From the sequence record SRR31147125_1466: a DNA stretch of 39,848 nt. One strand, written 5' to 3'. The first letter of the stretch is position 1, and every line of letters begins with the position of its first letter. The translations under genes were made by a program, and so were the position numbers. A model generated the notes under the pieces. The model saw only the letters and a list, made by a program, of their open reading frames with translations, did no database searches and was not told the DNA's origin. Of this stretch, positions 19,336-29,683 are shown in pieces.

Positions 19336-20826
19336 TTAACTATATTTTCTCTTTAAATAATCAATATAGTAAGATGATTTAAAACTTTCTTTAGTAGCAA
19401 TTTGTAGTACCTCTTGTGGGGACTTAGACATACCAAATTGATGAACATGCTCTTTTAACCATGCATTAATTATTTTATGATCTTGACGATTAATCGCTTC
19501 TTCAACATTGAAATCACGATTCATGCTTGCATAAATCTGTGCAGCATACGCAGATCCAAGTGCATATGTTGGAAAATAACCAATAGAACCATGTGACCAA
19601 TGAACATCTTGTAAAATACCTACTGCATCGCTTGTTGGTCTTTTACCAACATATTTCGTCATTAGACTATTCCATTTTTTAGGAAGATCTTTAACCTTGA
19701 TTTTTCCATTTATCATGAGTTTTTCTAATTCATAGCGTACAAGTACATGTAATGAGTATGTCAATTCATCAGCTTCAATGCGAATTAAAGATTTTTGTGC
19801 TTGATTAATATAATGATAAAAATCAGTCACTGATGTATCTTTTAATTGTTTTGGAAATAATGATTGTAATTTAGGATAATGTACTTGCCAAAATGCATAA
19901 CTTCTACCAATCATATTTTCAAACATTCTAGATTGAGATTCATGAATACCTAAACTTGTACCACCATGTAGGAATGTCTCATCATATTTCGGATCATTTT
20001 GTAGTTCATAAATGGCATGACCCATTTCATGGATTGTACTAAAAATACTTGATACAAAATTATCTTCATGATAATGCGTTGTTATTCTTGTATCAAAACT
20101 ACTTTCCCCAGATGTAAATGGATGCACACTTTCTTTTAATACAGCACGATCTTGATCATAGTTAAAAACATCCATTAAATATCTTGAAAATTCATCTTGC
20201 TTATCTCTTGGAAAAACACCTTTTGTCATTTTTCTAGAAAATCTTTGTTTCTTTCTTTTCGTGACTTCAGCAACATAAGGGACAAGTTCATCTTTAATTA
20301 CTTGAAAAAACTCATCATATGTCTTTGTAGTAAAACCTTCTTCATACATGTCAAGTAAAATATCATAACCTTTTAAATCTTCAGTTTCTAAATATTTCAC
20401 AAGTTTTCGGTTAGCAGTAATGATTTTTTCTAAAGTAGGCGCAAATATCTCAAAGTCATCTGCTTCTCTAGCTTTTGCCCAAATCGCAGGTGCTTGTTGA
20501 ATCAGAGATCCATAAGCTAAATATTCATCTTTTGGTACTTTTTTAATCATTCTTAAATTTTTATATGCCTTTTTGATTTCTACTTGAAAATCATGTTCTT
20601 CTAATGTATCAAGATGATCATATAAATATTCTATCGCTTCGATATATGCAGGGTCAGACTCATACTTATAAGCTTCTTCATACATCACTTCAAATTGCTT
20701 GCTACTATAATTTGCAGATAACTTTGGTGCTTCTGTTTCACTATCCCAGCTATAAAGCCAAATAAAGTATTCATATGCCAATATTTTCTTTCTTATTTCT
20801 TTATAAATTTTAATATATTTTTCCAT
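19336..20826 (-). CDS. carboxypeptidase, M32 (Taq) family (start MEKYI)
   Basis: HPF, DTRITT, HEMGH (HEXXH), HESQSR, IRIEADELTY, GILQDVHW, GYFPTYALG. Confidence 0.94.
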   Translation of the reverse strand: MEKYIKIYKEIRKKILAYEYFIWLYSWDSETEAPKLSANYSSKQFEVMYEEAYKYESDPAYIEAIEYLYDHLDTLEEHDFQVEIKKAYKNLRMIKKVPKDEYLAYGSLIQQAPAIWAKAREADDFEIFAPTLEKIITANRKLVKYLETEDLKGYDILLDMYEEGFTTKTYDEFFQVIKDELVPYVAEVTKRKKQRFSRKMTKGVFPRDKQDEFSRYLMDVFNYDQDRAVLKESVHPFTSGESSFDTRITTHYHEDNFVSSIFSTIHEMGHAIYELQNDPKYDETFLHGGTSLGIHESQSRMFENMIGRSYAFWQVHYPKLQSLFPKQLKDTSVTDFYHYINQAQKSLIRIEADELTYSLHVLVRYELEKLMINGKIKVKDLPKKWNSLMTKYVGKRPTSDAVGILQDVHWSHGSIGYFPTYALGSAYAAQIYASMNRDFNVEEAINRQDHKIINAWLKEHVHQFGMSKSPQEVLQIATKESFKSSYYIDYLKRKYS

Positions 20827-20865
20827 CGATAAAACCTCGCTTTCAACACATCTATTATAGCACAT

Positions 20866-20890
20866 AAAAAAAAGCACAAAGTGCTTTTTT
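20866..20890. terminator. short terminator hairpin after hypothetical gene
   Basis: AAAAAAGCAC-AAA-GTGCTTTTTT. Confidence 0.65.
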
Positions 20891-20897
20891 CATCTAA

Positions 20898-21404
20898 TCA
20901 TAATTTTGTTTTAAAATGTACTTGCCCAACAACTTTGTCTTCTTCAACTTTGACAATGTTTTTAGGTTCACTTGGTAGATCTTTTGCCTTATAAGTTGCA
21001 TATAAACAACCTATAGGTACTATGCTATCATTAACTTTTAAGTCTAAATAGACAGCCTCATCTCTAAACACTTGATCAATTTGAATAATTGATTCATCAT
21101 TAACATCTTGTAATAATACATTTTTAACGACGAGTGCTTGGTTTTCATCATCTAGTTTAAATAAAATTTTTAAATCATCTTCAACCAAAAAACCTCTGAT
21201 TCTTTTCGGTTTATCATTCCATCCGGTTGTTCCAATGATTTCATATAAGTAACTTGCTTTTTCAAATGATTCTTGAATATCACCATTTTTTTGATAGTGT
21301 TTAACTTCATTTTTCACTTTGTTATTTAAGTTACTTGCTGCTTTATTTAATTTCTCTGTAGAATTATCTACCCATTTTTTAAATTTATCGAATCCTTTTC
21401 CCAT
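20898..21404 (-). CDS. hypothetical protein (start MGKGF, 168 aa)
   Basis: GAGGTG RBS, open frame filling the gap between mgtE and the carboxypeptidase; no recognised motif. Confidence 0.75.
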   Translation of the reverse strand: MGKGFDKFKKWVDNSTEKLNKAASNLNNKVKNEVKHYQKNGDIQESFEKASYLYEIIGTTGWNDKPKRIRGFLVEDDLKILFKLDDENQALVVKNVLLQDVNDESIIQIDQVFRDEAVYLDLKVNDSIVPIGCLYATYKAKDLPSEPKNIVKVEEDKVVGQVHFKTKL

Positions 21405-21516
21405 TTTATTCACCTCGCATATCATTTACTATTAAATCGCTTATTGAAGGGATTAACCTATTTATCATAGTTGCTATATATTTATTATACAACAAAATCT
21501 TTATTCACCCAAATTT

Positions 21517-22869
21517 TTACATTAATAGACTTGAAAAAATGATTGTTGCTACACCAAAATATATGACCAAAGATACAATATCATTAATCGTGGTCATCAT
21601 AGGTCCAGATGCAAGAGCTGGATCAATTTTAAAGTGATCAAGAATTAAAGGCACACTACTTCCCATCAATGATGAAATAAACATTGCACTAAATAATGAA
21701 ATTAATACAGTAAGTGCTACTTCGTATGGCATATGTTCATTGATATTAAAAATCGTTAAATATGTATAAACAAATATAAAAGCTATCACACTTAATAATA
21801 AACTATTGATTATACCGACTAGCATTTCTTTCTTTATATGTCTTTTCGCTTTATACTTTTCATGGTATTCAGCTTGATGAATACCAAGTATGGTTACCGC
21901 TAATGATTGTGTCCCAATGTTTCCTGCCATACCAAGTATCATGGGTTGAAATAATATAAGTACAGTGAGTTGTTCTAGTGTATTTGAAAACAATGATAAA
22001 ATTGTGATTGTTAATAAATTAAGTAGAACACCTAAAAACAACCATGGCAATCTTTGTTTCGCGCGAGTAACAGCAGAAAGCGTTTGATCGTAATCTGTGA
22101 TTTGAGAAAATGCTTCATAATCTTCTTCATAGTCTTCAATAATTTCATCAAATATATCATCGGCAGTTATAATACCGATTATTTGATTTTCTTCGGTGAT
22201 CACGGGTAATACATTTCTATCATAATCTAAGACATATTGAATTGCTTCTTCTATGGAATCAGTTGGATAGACAAATGGAAAATCATCAGACATGATCGAT
22301 GATAATTTTTGATTCGGTCTTGCGACGATAAGTGTCGGTAAATCAATCAGACCAACACATTTTTGTTGTTCATTTTTAATGAACACTGTATCAATATAAT
22401 CATTATCTTTTGATAGTGAAATAATCATATGTGTCGCTTCTTTTATCGTAAGATCAATGGGTATCGTAAAAAAATCAGTCATCATAATCGATGCGGCTTC
22501 ATCTGCTTCATATGTCAATAATAATTCAACAGTACGTTGCTTAACTTTTGTGAGCATACTAACTAGAGCATGTCTTTCTTCATGTGTTTCATAAAGACCT
22601 ACAAAAGCTTTTAGCTCGTCAGTTTCTAAAGATCTAAGTAATTTCTTTTTTTGATCCATAGATAGTAGTTCAAAGACTTCTTTTTGTTCTTCATCATCAA
22701 ATTCTACAAAAACTTCAATCATTTTTTGCATATTGATCAATTTTATAAATCTTTGTTTTTCATCATCTTCAAGAAATGTATACATAGACGCTAAATCATA
22801 TGCATAATATTTTTGAATATGTTTTTTAAGTGAAGCATCACTATGCTTAAAATTTAATTTTTGTCTCAT
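21517..22869 (-). CDS. mgtE: magnesium transporter MgtE (downstream copy, start MRQKL)
   Basis: CBS pair (GIITADDI), RLPWL, AGNIGTQSL, DPALASGPMMTTIND. Confidence 0.9.
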   Translation of the reverse strand: MRQKLNFKHSDASLKKHIQKYYAYDLASMYTFLEDDEKQRFIKLINMQKMIEVFVEFDDEEQKEVFELLSMDQKKKLLRSLETDELKAFVGLYETHEERHALVSMLTKVKQRTVELLLTYEADEAASIMMTDFFTIPIDLTIKEATHMIISLSKDNDYIDTVFIKNEQQKCVGLIDLPTLIVARPNQKLSSIMSDDFPFVYPTDSIEEAIQYVLDYDRNVLPVITEENQIIGIITADDIFDEIIEDYEEDYEAFSQITDYDQTLSAVTRAKQRLPWLFLGVLLNLLTITILSLFSNTLEQLTVLILFQPMILGMAGNIGTQSLAVTILGIHQAEYHEKYKAKRHIKKEMLVGIINSLLLSVIAFIFVYTYLTIFNINEHMPYEVALTVLISLFSAMFISSLMGSSVPLILDHFKIDPALASGPMMTTINDIVSLVIYFGVATIIFSSLLM

Positions 22870-24188
22870 AGTATCACCCCTAATAAAAGTGCAGATAAAC
22901 CAAAATATATGCATACAGTGGTCATATCTAGCAATGTGGTGATCATAGGTCCTGATGCTACAGCTGGATCAAGTTTTAATAGTCTTAAGCATGTAGGTAC
23001 AATGATGGCGATAATAGGTGCTAAAAATACTGTTGTCATTAAAGCAAGTCCAACAATAGTTGCCATCATAAGCGGTTCAACATTGATTTGTTGTTGAACA
23101 CTTGTAAATAAATACGTAATCAAAAATGCAGCAATCGCCATACACATGGCAATGAGTAAACCAGATAACATTTCTTTGATGCTATTTTTAAAAGCATGTT
23201 CTTCTTCATTGGAAAAACTACGTAATGTCACAGCAAGTGTTTGTGTAGCTACATTCCCCGCAGCACCTGAGATCATAGGTTGAAATATGACAATAATGGC
23301 TACCGCTGCGATCACTGCATCAAACATTTGCGTAATCAATGATACAGGTATAGATACAAACAATAAGATGAGTAACCATGGAAACCGATGGAGTGCTACC
23401 TTGTAAGGCTTGTCATCAACTGTTTCAGGAAGTGCAGCAAGTCTTTCAAAATCCTCTTGTGCTTCTTCTTGATAAATATCAAGTGCATCATCAAGTGTTA
23501 CAATACCAAGAAGTTTTTCATGATGATCACAAACAGGCATATTAAATGTATTATATTGATTCATTTGTTGAATCGTGCTCATAATAGAATCTTTGTCATA
23601 GACAAACACTGAAGTATCCATGATGTCATTAACTAATAATGGAGGTTTTGCTTTTAATAATTTCTTTAGCTGTATAATACCTAAAAATTCTTCGTCATGA
23701 TTTACCACAAATAATGTTTGTATAGTCTCAACATCAGGAGCTTCTGATATGACTATTTTAGTTGCTGTTTTAATATCCATCTCTGGGTTCAATCTAACGA
23801 CCGATTGCGTCATCATCGATCCAGTTTCGTCATCTTCATAATTAAGCAACTCTGAAATCTCTTCACTATCTTCTAATGAGTCTATGAGTACCTCTAATTG
23901 TTTAGTATCCAATGCTTGGATCATATCAGTAGCATCATCGGGGTCCATATAATCAATAATCTTTTTTTGTTTTAATAAGTCAAAACCTTCGATAATGCGT
24001 GCTGCATCATCAGGGTCTAAATATGTACAAATATCAGCCATGGTTTCATGGCTGATATATGGGTATAGTTTAATGCGATCTTCGTTTTCTAATGACATAA
24101 AATCTTGGGCTAAATCAAAGCTATGTGATGCTTTAAGATACGCTTTAATCGCTTGATCGTTTTGATTTTCTAGTAATTCTTTAAACAT
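22866..24188 (-). CDS. mgtE: magnesium transporter MgtE (upstream copy; start ATG 24188 or GTG 24197)
   Basis: MgtE N-domain PDDA repeats, CBS pair (LGIVTLDD), RFPWL, AGNVATQTL, DPAVASGPMITTLLD. Confidence 0.9.
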   Translation of the reverse strand: MFKELLENQNDQAIKAYLKASHSFDLAQDFMSLENEDRIKLYPYISHETMADICTYLDPDDAARIIEGFDLLKQKKIIDYMDPDDATDMIQALDTKQLEVLIDSLEDSEEISELLNYEDDETGSMMTQSVVRLNPEMDIKTATKIVISEAPDVETIQTLFVVNHDEEFLGIIQLKKLLKAKPPLLVNDIMDTSVFVYDKDSIMSTIQQMNQYNTFNMPVCDHHEKLLGIVTLDDALDIYQEEAQEDFERLAALPETVDDKPYKVALHRFPWLLILLFVSIPVSLITQMFDAVIAAVAIIVIFQPMISGAAGNVATQTLAVTLRSFSNEEEHAFKNSIKEMLSGLLIAMCMAIAAFLITYLFTSVQQQINVEPLMMATIVGLALMTTVFLAPIIAIIVPTCLRLLKLDPAVASGPMITTLLDMTTVCIYFGLSALLLGVIL

Positions 24189-24250
24189 AGCATTCACCCT
24201 CTCATATCTATTTTATCAATAAATGAAAGAAATGCATATACTTTAGTTAA

Positions 24251-25078
24251 TCAACCGAGCGCAACATCTAAAATCATCATCACAATAAAGCCTGTCATAA
24301 CACCTAAAACTGCAAAATGGGCACCTTTAGCTGTTTGTCTTTGTTGTGCTTCAGGAATTAACTCCTCAGCAACCACATAAATCATTGCACCTGCAGCAAA
24401 TGCCAAAGCGTATGGAAGAATAACTTCCATTGATGTCACAAGTATTGCACCGATAACACCAGCAATAGGTTCTACAATACCTGAAGCTTGACCATAAAGA
24501 AATGCTTTTTTGCGACTAATATTGCCTTCTTCTCTAAGCGGAATAGATACAGCAGCACCTTCTGGAAAATTTTGAATACCAATACCTAAAGCCAATCCAA
24601 TTGCTCCAAGCGTTGCTGCTGTTGGATCACCACTGGTATATTGTATAGCACCAAATGCGACACCAACTGCTAGGCCTTCAGGAATATTATGTAGTGTAAT
24701 AGAAAAAACCAATAAAATATTTCGTTTTAATTTTGTATGAATACCTTCAACTTCATGTTCAGGACCAAAATGCATGTGTGGCAATGTCTTATCAGCAGCA
24801 TATAAAAATAAGCCCCCCAAAGCAAAACCAATCGCTACGACTAACCAAGCAATGGCACCTTGTTCATTTGCCATATCAATGGCTGGTGCTAATAAGCTCC
24901 AAAAACTTGCAGCAATCATGACACCTGATGCAAAACCTAACATTAAATTAAAAACATGTCTTTCAATTGTTCTAAATAAAAATACAAGTGCACTCCCCAA
25001 TGCAGTAACACCATATGTGAATAACGTTGCAAGCAATGCTTGAACCCAAAAATCTAATCCCATAAACCAATTTAACAT
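24251..25078 (-). CDS. ZIP family divalent metal transporter (ZupT/GufA-like; start MLNWF)
   Basis: GFASGVMIAASFWSLL, ITLHNIPEGLAVG, IGIQNFPEGAAVS, AAGAMIYVVAEELIPE. Confidence 0.93.
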   Translation of the reverse strand: MLNWFMGLDFWVQALLATLFTYGVTALGSALVFLFRTIERHVFNLMLGFASGVMIAASFWSLLAPAIDMANEQGAIAWLVVAIGFALGGLFLYAADKTLPHMHFGPEHEVEGIHTKLKRNILLVFSITLHNIPEGLAVGVAFGAIQYTSGDPTAATLGAIGLALGIGIQNFPEGAAVSIPLREEGNISRKKAFLYGQASGIVEPIAGVIGAILVTSMEVILPYALAFAAGAMIYVVAEELIPEAQQRQTAKGAHFAVLGVMTGFIVMMILDVALG

Positions 25079-25121
25079 CTTCAACACCTCTTTTTTATGG
25101 TAATCCTTAAAACATAACAAT

Positions 25122-25150
25122 AGTATAGCATTAAATTTAAGTATTGTCAA
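25122..25150 (-). promoter_or_regulatory. promoter of ZIP transporter
   Basis: Minus strand TTGACA (25150-25145), 17 nt, TATACT (25127-25122) with TGn extension. Confidence 0.78.
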
Positions 25151-25151
25151 T

Positions 25152-25178
25152 AAAAAAAGTGACGTTAAAACGTCACTT
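25152..25178 (-). terminator. terminator after ABC exporter pair
   Basis: AAGTGACGT / ACGTCACTT stem with T tail on the minus strand. Confidence 0.75.
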
Positions 25179-25194
25179 ATATATTTAATAAAGT

Positions 25195-26979
25195 TTATGA
25201 CATTGGTGTATCATCATATTGTAATTTGTAAAGATTATAATACAATCCATTTTGTTTTAGCAATGCTTGATGACTACCCATTTCTTTAATTTCACCTTTT
25301 TGCATCACAATAATTTTATCACTGTGCTGGATGGTTGATAATCGATGTGCAACAATCAGCATTGTTGATATATTCATCATCTTCTCTAAAGATTCTTGAA
25401 TGAGTTCTTCTGTTTCGCTATCAATATTTGCAGTTGCTTCATCAAGGATCATCAACGATGGTTTATAGACAACTGCTCTTGCAAACGAAATAAGTTGTCG
25501 CTGTCCACTTGAAAAGTTGTTTCCTCGTTCTAACACCTTATGATTATAACCATCAGGCAATGTATCAATAAACGTATTTGCTCCTACATAATTTGATGCT
25601 TCTATAATTTCACCTTCTGGTATTTCATCATTTGAAAGTGAAATATTATTTTTGATTGACCCACTAAATAGAAATACATCTTGCAACATTTGTCCTATAT
25701 GTTTTCTAAGTGATGATCGTTTAATATCTTGAATGTCAATACCATCTATAAGTATTTGACCTTTTTGGATATCATAGTTTCTAACAATTAAATTTAAAAT
25801 TGTCGTTTTCCCTGAACCTGTAGCACCAACAAATGCAACTGTATCACCAGGATTGACTTTAAAACTCACACCTTTTAAAACCCATTCATCTGGTATATAT
25901 GAAAACCAAACATCTTTAAACTCAATTGCACCACTAAATTTTTCTAATTCTATAGCATCTTGTTTATCAACGATTGCAGGTTTTGTATCGAGTACATCAA
26001 ATATTTTTTCAGCACTCGCAAATGCATTTTGTAGCATATTAAACTGTTCTGCAATTTGTTGTATCGGTTGGAAAAAATCTGATACATAGTTGTAAAAACT
26101 ATAAAGTAATCCTGCGCTAAGTAGCCCTGCAACAACATCTTGATAACCAAAATAGAGTGTTAGAACTAATGCAGCAGCTGATATCCCGTATATGACTGGT
26201 CTATATATACCAAATACGAGTATTTCTTTTAAATAACTTTTTCGTAGATTTTTATTTCTATGATCAAACTCTTCAATTTTTTTATCTTCTTGATTAAAAA
26301 ATTGTGTAATTTTCATTCCTGATAAATTTTCAGATAAAAATGCATTAACTTCGGATACATTTGATCTTACTTCTCTATATGTTTTTCTTGAGAATTTTCT
26401 AAAGAAATAACTTGCAAGAAGTACTACAGGAATAGCAACAATAACAACAAGAGCCATTCTAAAGTTAATAATACAAATCATAATCAAAATACCCACAAGA
26501 TATAACAGATTTCTAATGAGATTAATAAAGATATTTGTATACATCTCACTAATTGAATTTGTATCATTTGTCACTCTTGTAACAAGTTTTCCGACAGGTA
26601 ATTCATTGATTTGTTCAATGGATAGATTTTCAATGTGTGTAAATACATCTTCTCGTAATTTTAAGACATTTTTTTGCCCTATTTTTTGGAGTAATATACT
26701 TTGATAATAACTAATGACATTTCCTATAATGACAAGTACAAAGAATATGCCACTTAGTACGAATAATCTAAAAATCTTTTCATCCTTAGGTAAATCAGAT
26801 GATACATTATCGATCGTATAACCTAACATGAGTGAAGGTAGCAATTGTATAATTATTGAAATTATCATGAGTATCCCTACAACAATGAGTTGTTTTTTAT
26901 AAGGTATCATGTATTGAAATAATCTTCTTAGAACGTCTTTGTCGCTTCTTTCTCTTGTGTTATCTTTGAAGTCTTTCAT
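25195..26979 (-). CDS. ABC exporter, TMD+NBD half (MdlB/YheH-like)
   Basis: Six-TM domain, GATGSGKT, degenerate signature FSSGQRQL, consensus Walker B LILDEAT-type, AHRLSTI. Confidence 0.9.
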   Translation of the reverse strand: MKDFKDNTRERSDKDVLRRLFQYMIPYKKQLIVVGILMIISIIIQLLPSLMLGYTIDNVSSDLPKDEKIFRLFVLSGIFFVLVIIGNVISYYQSILLQKIGQKNVLKLREDVFTHIENLSIEQINELPVGKLVTRVTNDTNSISEMYTNIFINLIRNLLYLVGILIMICIINFRMALVVIVAIPVVLLASYFFRKFSRKTYREVRSNVSEVNAFLSENLSGMKITQFFNQEDKKIEEFDHRNKNLRKSYLKEILVFGIYRPVIYGISAAALVLTLYFGYQDVVAGLLSAGLLYSFYNYVSDFFQPIQQIAEQFNMLQNAFASAEKIFDVLDTKPAIVDKQDAIELEKFSGAIEFKDVWFSYIPDEWVLKGVSFKVNPGDTVAFVGATGSGKTTILNLIVRNYDIQKGQILIDGIDIQDIKRSSLRKHIGQMLQDVFLFSGSIKNNISLSNDEIPEGEIIEASNYVGANTFIDTLPDGYNHKVLERGNNFSSGQRQLISFARAVVYKPSLMILDEATANIDSETEELIQESLEKMMNISTMLIVAHRLSTIQHSDKIIVMQKGEIKEMGSHQALLKQNGLYYNLYKLQYDDTPMS

Positions 26980-26981
26980 AA

Positions 26982-28739
26982 TTACTCACCACCTTCTACA
27001 ATAGATTCTAGTTGTTGTCGTTTAACCATATCAGCATATAAATCACATGTTTCTAGTAATGTTTTATGATTACCTATAGCAACAAGTTTTCCTTGATCAA
27101 GCAATATGATTTTATCCATTTTCTTGACTGTAGAAATACGATGTGCAATAAATATAGTTGTTTTACCTTTTCTAACTTTATGCAAGTTATTAATGATTGC
27201 TGATTCAGTTTTTGTATCAACAGCTGATACTGAATCATCTAATATAAGAATTTCAGGATTTTTAGCGAGCGCTCTAGCGATACTTATTCTTTGTTTTTGA
27301 CCACCGGATACGGTTACGCCTCTTTCTCCTAAAATCGTGTTAAATCCTTCTTTAAATTCATGAATGTTATCATAAACATCAGAAAGTTTTGCCGCACGTT
27401 CAATGGCATCAATGGCCATTTCATCTTGTGAAAACCCTATATTATCAGCAATCGTCGTAGAGAATAAGAAATTGTCTTGTGGCACATAACCTATGGTGTC
27501 TCTTACAGCCTTAACTGGGATTTTCATAATATCATGTCCACCGATAAAGAGTTGATCTTCTTCAACATTATAAGTTCTTAATAATAAATCGACAAGTGAA
27601 GATTTCCCACTACCTGTTCTACCAAGCACACCAACCATTTCGCCTGGTTTAATGTCAAATGATAATTCTTTTAATACATCTTCTTCACCATCAGGGTATT
27701 TAAAAGATAGATTTTTAGCCTTTATACTTCCAGATAAATTCGATACCAGTTCAACGTCATCATTGTCTTTGATATCAAGTGGTGTATCTAAAAATTTAGC
27801 TATTCTCGTTGCACTTGCTGTTGCTTGTCCTTGAATTGCAACAAACTGAGAAAGTGCCATCACTGGCCAAATAAGTGAAAAGAAATATGCGATATATTCT
27901 GTTAAATCACCAGGTGTAAAGCCGATACCATCAGCGTTAATCACAACAAGCGATCCAAAAACTAAGATAAATAATATAACAAAGTTAATCGCAACACCAA
28001 TCATAATATTGATAAATACCATGCTTTTGACAAATCCTAAATGTTTTTCATAAAACTCATCGTTTTTCTTTTGAAAAAACATATATTCTTTTGCTTCTCT
28101 AACAAATGCTTTTATGACGCGAATACCTGAGAAATTTTCTTGTGTGAAATCACTTAAATCTTCAAATGCTTCTTGTCGTTTTTTGAATTTTTCAGATAAT
28201 ATTTTGCGTATCACAATCATGACACCAGTTAAAATAACCATTGGTATTGACGCAATAATCGTTAATCTGACATTGAGTGCTGCCATACGATATAATGCAA
28301 TACCAGCAAGTGTTAAACCATCTACAAGCATTAAAACACCACGTCCATATGATTGTCTAACAGCTTCAAGATCATTAATAAAATATGTCATTAATCCCCC
28401 AACTTTTTCTTGGTTATAAAAAGTTTGTGATAGTTTGGTCGCATGACTAAACATTTCTGTTCTAAGATCTGACTCAATACGTCTAGATCCTCCAAAGACT
28501 GCATATCTCCAAATGAATCGTCCTATCATAACAATTAATGAAATCAACGCGATGTTAACAATGATTTCTTCAATATAATTTGTATCAACATTTGTTTTAT
28601 CTAACTCATCAATAATATTTCCGATATATTCAGGAACATTTAATTGTAAATAGTCAATAATAATGAGTACAGAAATACCAATAAAGAAAAATATAAAATA
28701 TTTCAAATAATACTTTCTAAAATGTTTCTTGAATAACAT
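26982..28739 (-). CDS. ABC exporter, TMD+NBD half (MdlA/YheI-like)
   Basis: TMD, GRTGSGKS, VSGGQKQR, degenerate Walker B ILDD; typical heterodimer partner. Confidence 0.9.
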   Translation of the reverse strand: MLFKKHFRKYYLKYFIFFFIGISVLIIIDYLQLNVPEYIGNIIDELDKTNVDTNYIEEIIVNIALISLIVMIGRFIWRYAVFGGSRRIESDLRTEMFSHATKLSQTFYNQEKVGGLMTYFINDLEAVRQSYGRGVLMLVDGLTLAGIALYRMAALNVRLTIIASIPMVILTGVMIVIRKILSEKFKKRQEAFEDLSDFTQENFSGIRVIKAFVREAKEYMFFQKKNDEFYEKHLGFVKSMVFINIMIGVAINFVILFILVFGSLVVINADGIGFTPGDLTEYIAYFFSLIWPVMALSQFVAIQGQATASATRIAKFLDTPLDIKDNDDVELVSNLSGSIKAKNLSFKYPDGEEDVLKELSFDIKPGEMVGVLGRTGSGKSSLVDLLLRTYNVEEDQLFIGGHDIMKIPVKAVRDTIGYVPQDNFLFSTTIADNIGFSQDEMAIDAIERAAKLSDVYDNIHEFKEGFNTILGERGVTVSGGQKQRISIARALAKNPEILILDDSVSAVDTKTESAIINNLHKVRKGKTTIFIAHRISTVKKMDKIILLDQGKLVAIGNHKTLLETCDLYADMVKRQQLESIVEGGE

Positions 28740-28801
28740 ATGCTATGCCCTACCTGTCTATTATACGTTTATAACTATTATATAATATAATGTCTAGATA
28801 C

Positions 28802-28837
28802 ATAAATAAAAACGTTTTATTAAACGTTTTTATTTAT
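28802..28837 (-). terminator. 16-bp AT-rich perfect inverted repeat after DUF2089 operon
   Basis: ATAAATAAAAACGTTT-TATT-AAACGTTTTTATTTAT, 8 nt past the stop codon at 28846. Confidence 0.6.
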
Positions 28838-28845
28838 ACGTCTAT

Positions 28846-29244
28846 TTAATCTACAAAAATCTTAACAACGTCACCATCCGCTGATGTTACATTAACGATT
28901 TCTCCTTCAACACCATTAGTTACCATATCAATGATTGCATCAATATCAATATCTAATCCATCAACTTGTGAATTGAATTTTGCAGTTTTTAAAAGTTTTG
29001 CGAACTCTACTGGAATTTGAATGCGTACCTTATCGCCATCTGCAGAGTCTACAATTACTCTTAACATTTTAAATGCTTTACCACGTTTTGGTTTATCCAC
29101 GATAACTTCATGGAAATCTTGTTTATCACTTTCATCACTTGAAAGTGCATTTAATAATTTTTCAGCTTCATCAGCATTAATAGTACCTTGAGATAACATC
29201 TCTAATATATTTTTTCTTTCTTCTTTTAATAAATCTTTAGCCAT
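28846..29244 (-). CDS. SHOCT-like (YvlB/LiaX N-terminal-like) domain protein
   Basis: EERKNILEMLSQGTINADEAEKLLNAL; C-domain with internal repeat VDSADGDKVRI / VTSADGDVVKI. Confidence 0.75.
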   Translation of the reverse strand: MAKDLLKEERKNILEMLSQGTINADEAEKLLNALSSDESDKQDFHEVIVDKPKRGKAFKMLRVIVDSADGDKVRIQIPVEFAKLLKTAKFNSQVDGLDIDIDAIIDMVTNGVEGEIVNVTSADGDVVKIFVD

Positions 29245-29257
29245 TTTTATTCACCTC

Positions 29258-29671
29258 TTATTTTAGTTTGTTGAGTAACTCAACAGCTTCAGCTGCTGTG
29301 ATCTCTTTGCTTTTCAATTTTTTAATAACATCTACTTTTGATTGTACTTTTTCATTTGGTTTTTGGTCAAACTCTTCTTCTTTCCCAACGTGATGATTTG
29401 AATCATATCCTAATTCAACAATCACTTCATCTAACATTTTTTTAACTGTTGGATAACTAATATTTAATTCTTTTTCTATTGCTTTAATGTTTCCTCTGTT
29501 TTTGACAAATATTTCAATAAAATAGAGTTTATCTGCATCCATATAATTGAATTTAGATAGAGCAAACTCCCCTTCAATTGCAGTACCGCAGTGATCGCAT
29601 GCTAGTCTAACGACTTTTAACTCATGATCACATACTGGACATTTTGATAATACAGGATTTTTAGTTTTCAT
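29258..29671 (-). CDS. DUF2089 family protein (Zn ribbon + HTH + C-terminal SHOCT-like)
   Basis: CPVC...C..CGTAIEGEF, FVKNRGNIKAIEKELNISYPTVKKMLD, VIKKLKSKEITAAEAVELL. Confidence 0.85.
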   Translation of the reverse strand: MKTKNPVLSKCPVCDHELKVVRLACDHCGTAIEGEFALSKFNYMDADKLYFIEIFVKNRGNIKAIEKELNISYPTVKKMLDEVIVELGYDSNHHVGKEEEFDQKPNEKVQSKVDVIKKLKSKEITAAEAVELLNKLK

Positions 29672-29683
29672 TTGAACACTCCT

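Noticed and set aside
4225..25150. N-terminal extensions in the ORF track (dnaG, era, ybeY, rsmE, rlmD, carboxypeptidase, mgtE, ZIP)
   Set aside because: They run over upstream genes, promoters or terminators; downstream starts fit the RBS and family N-termini better.
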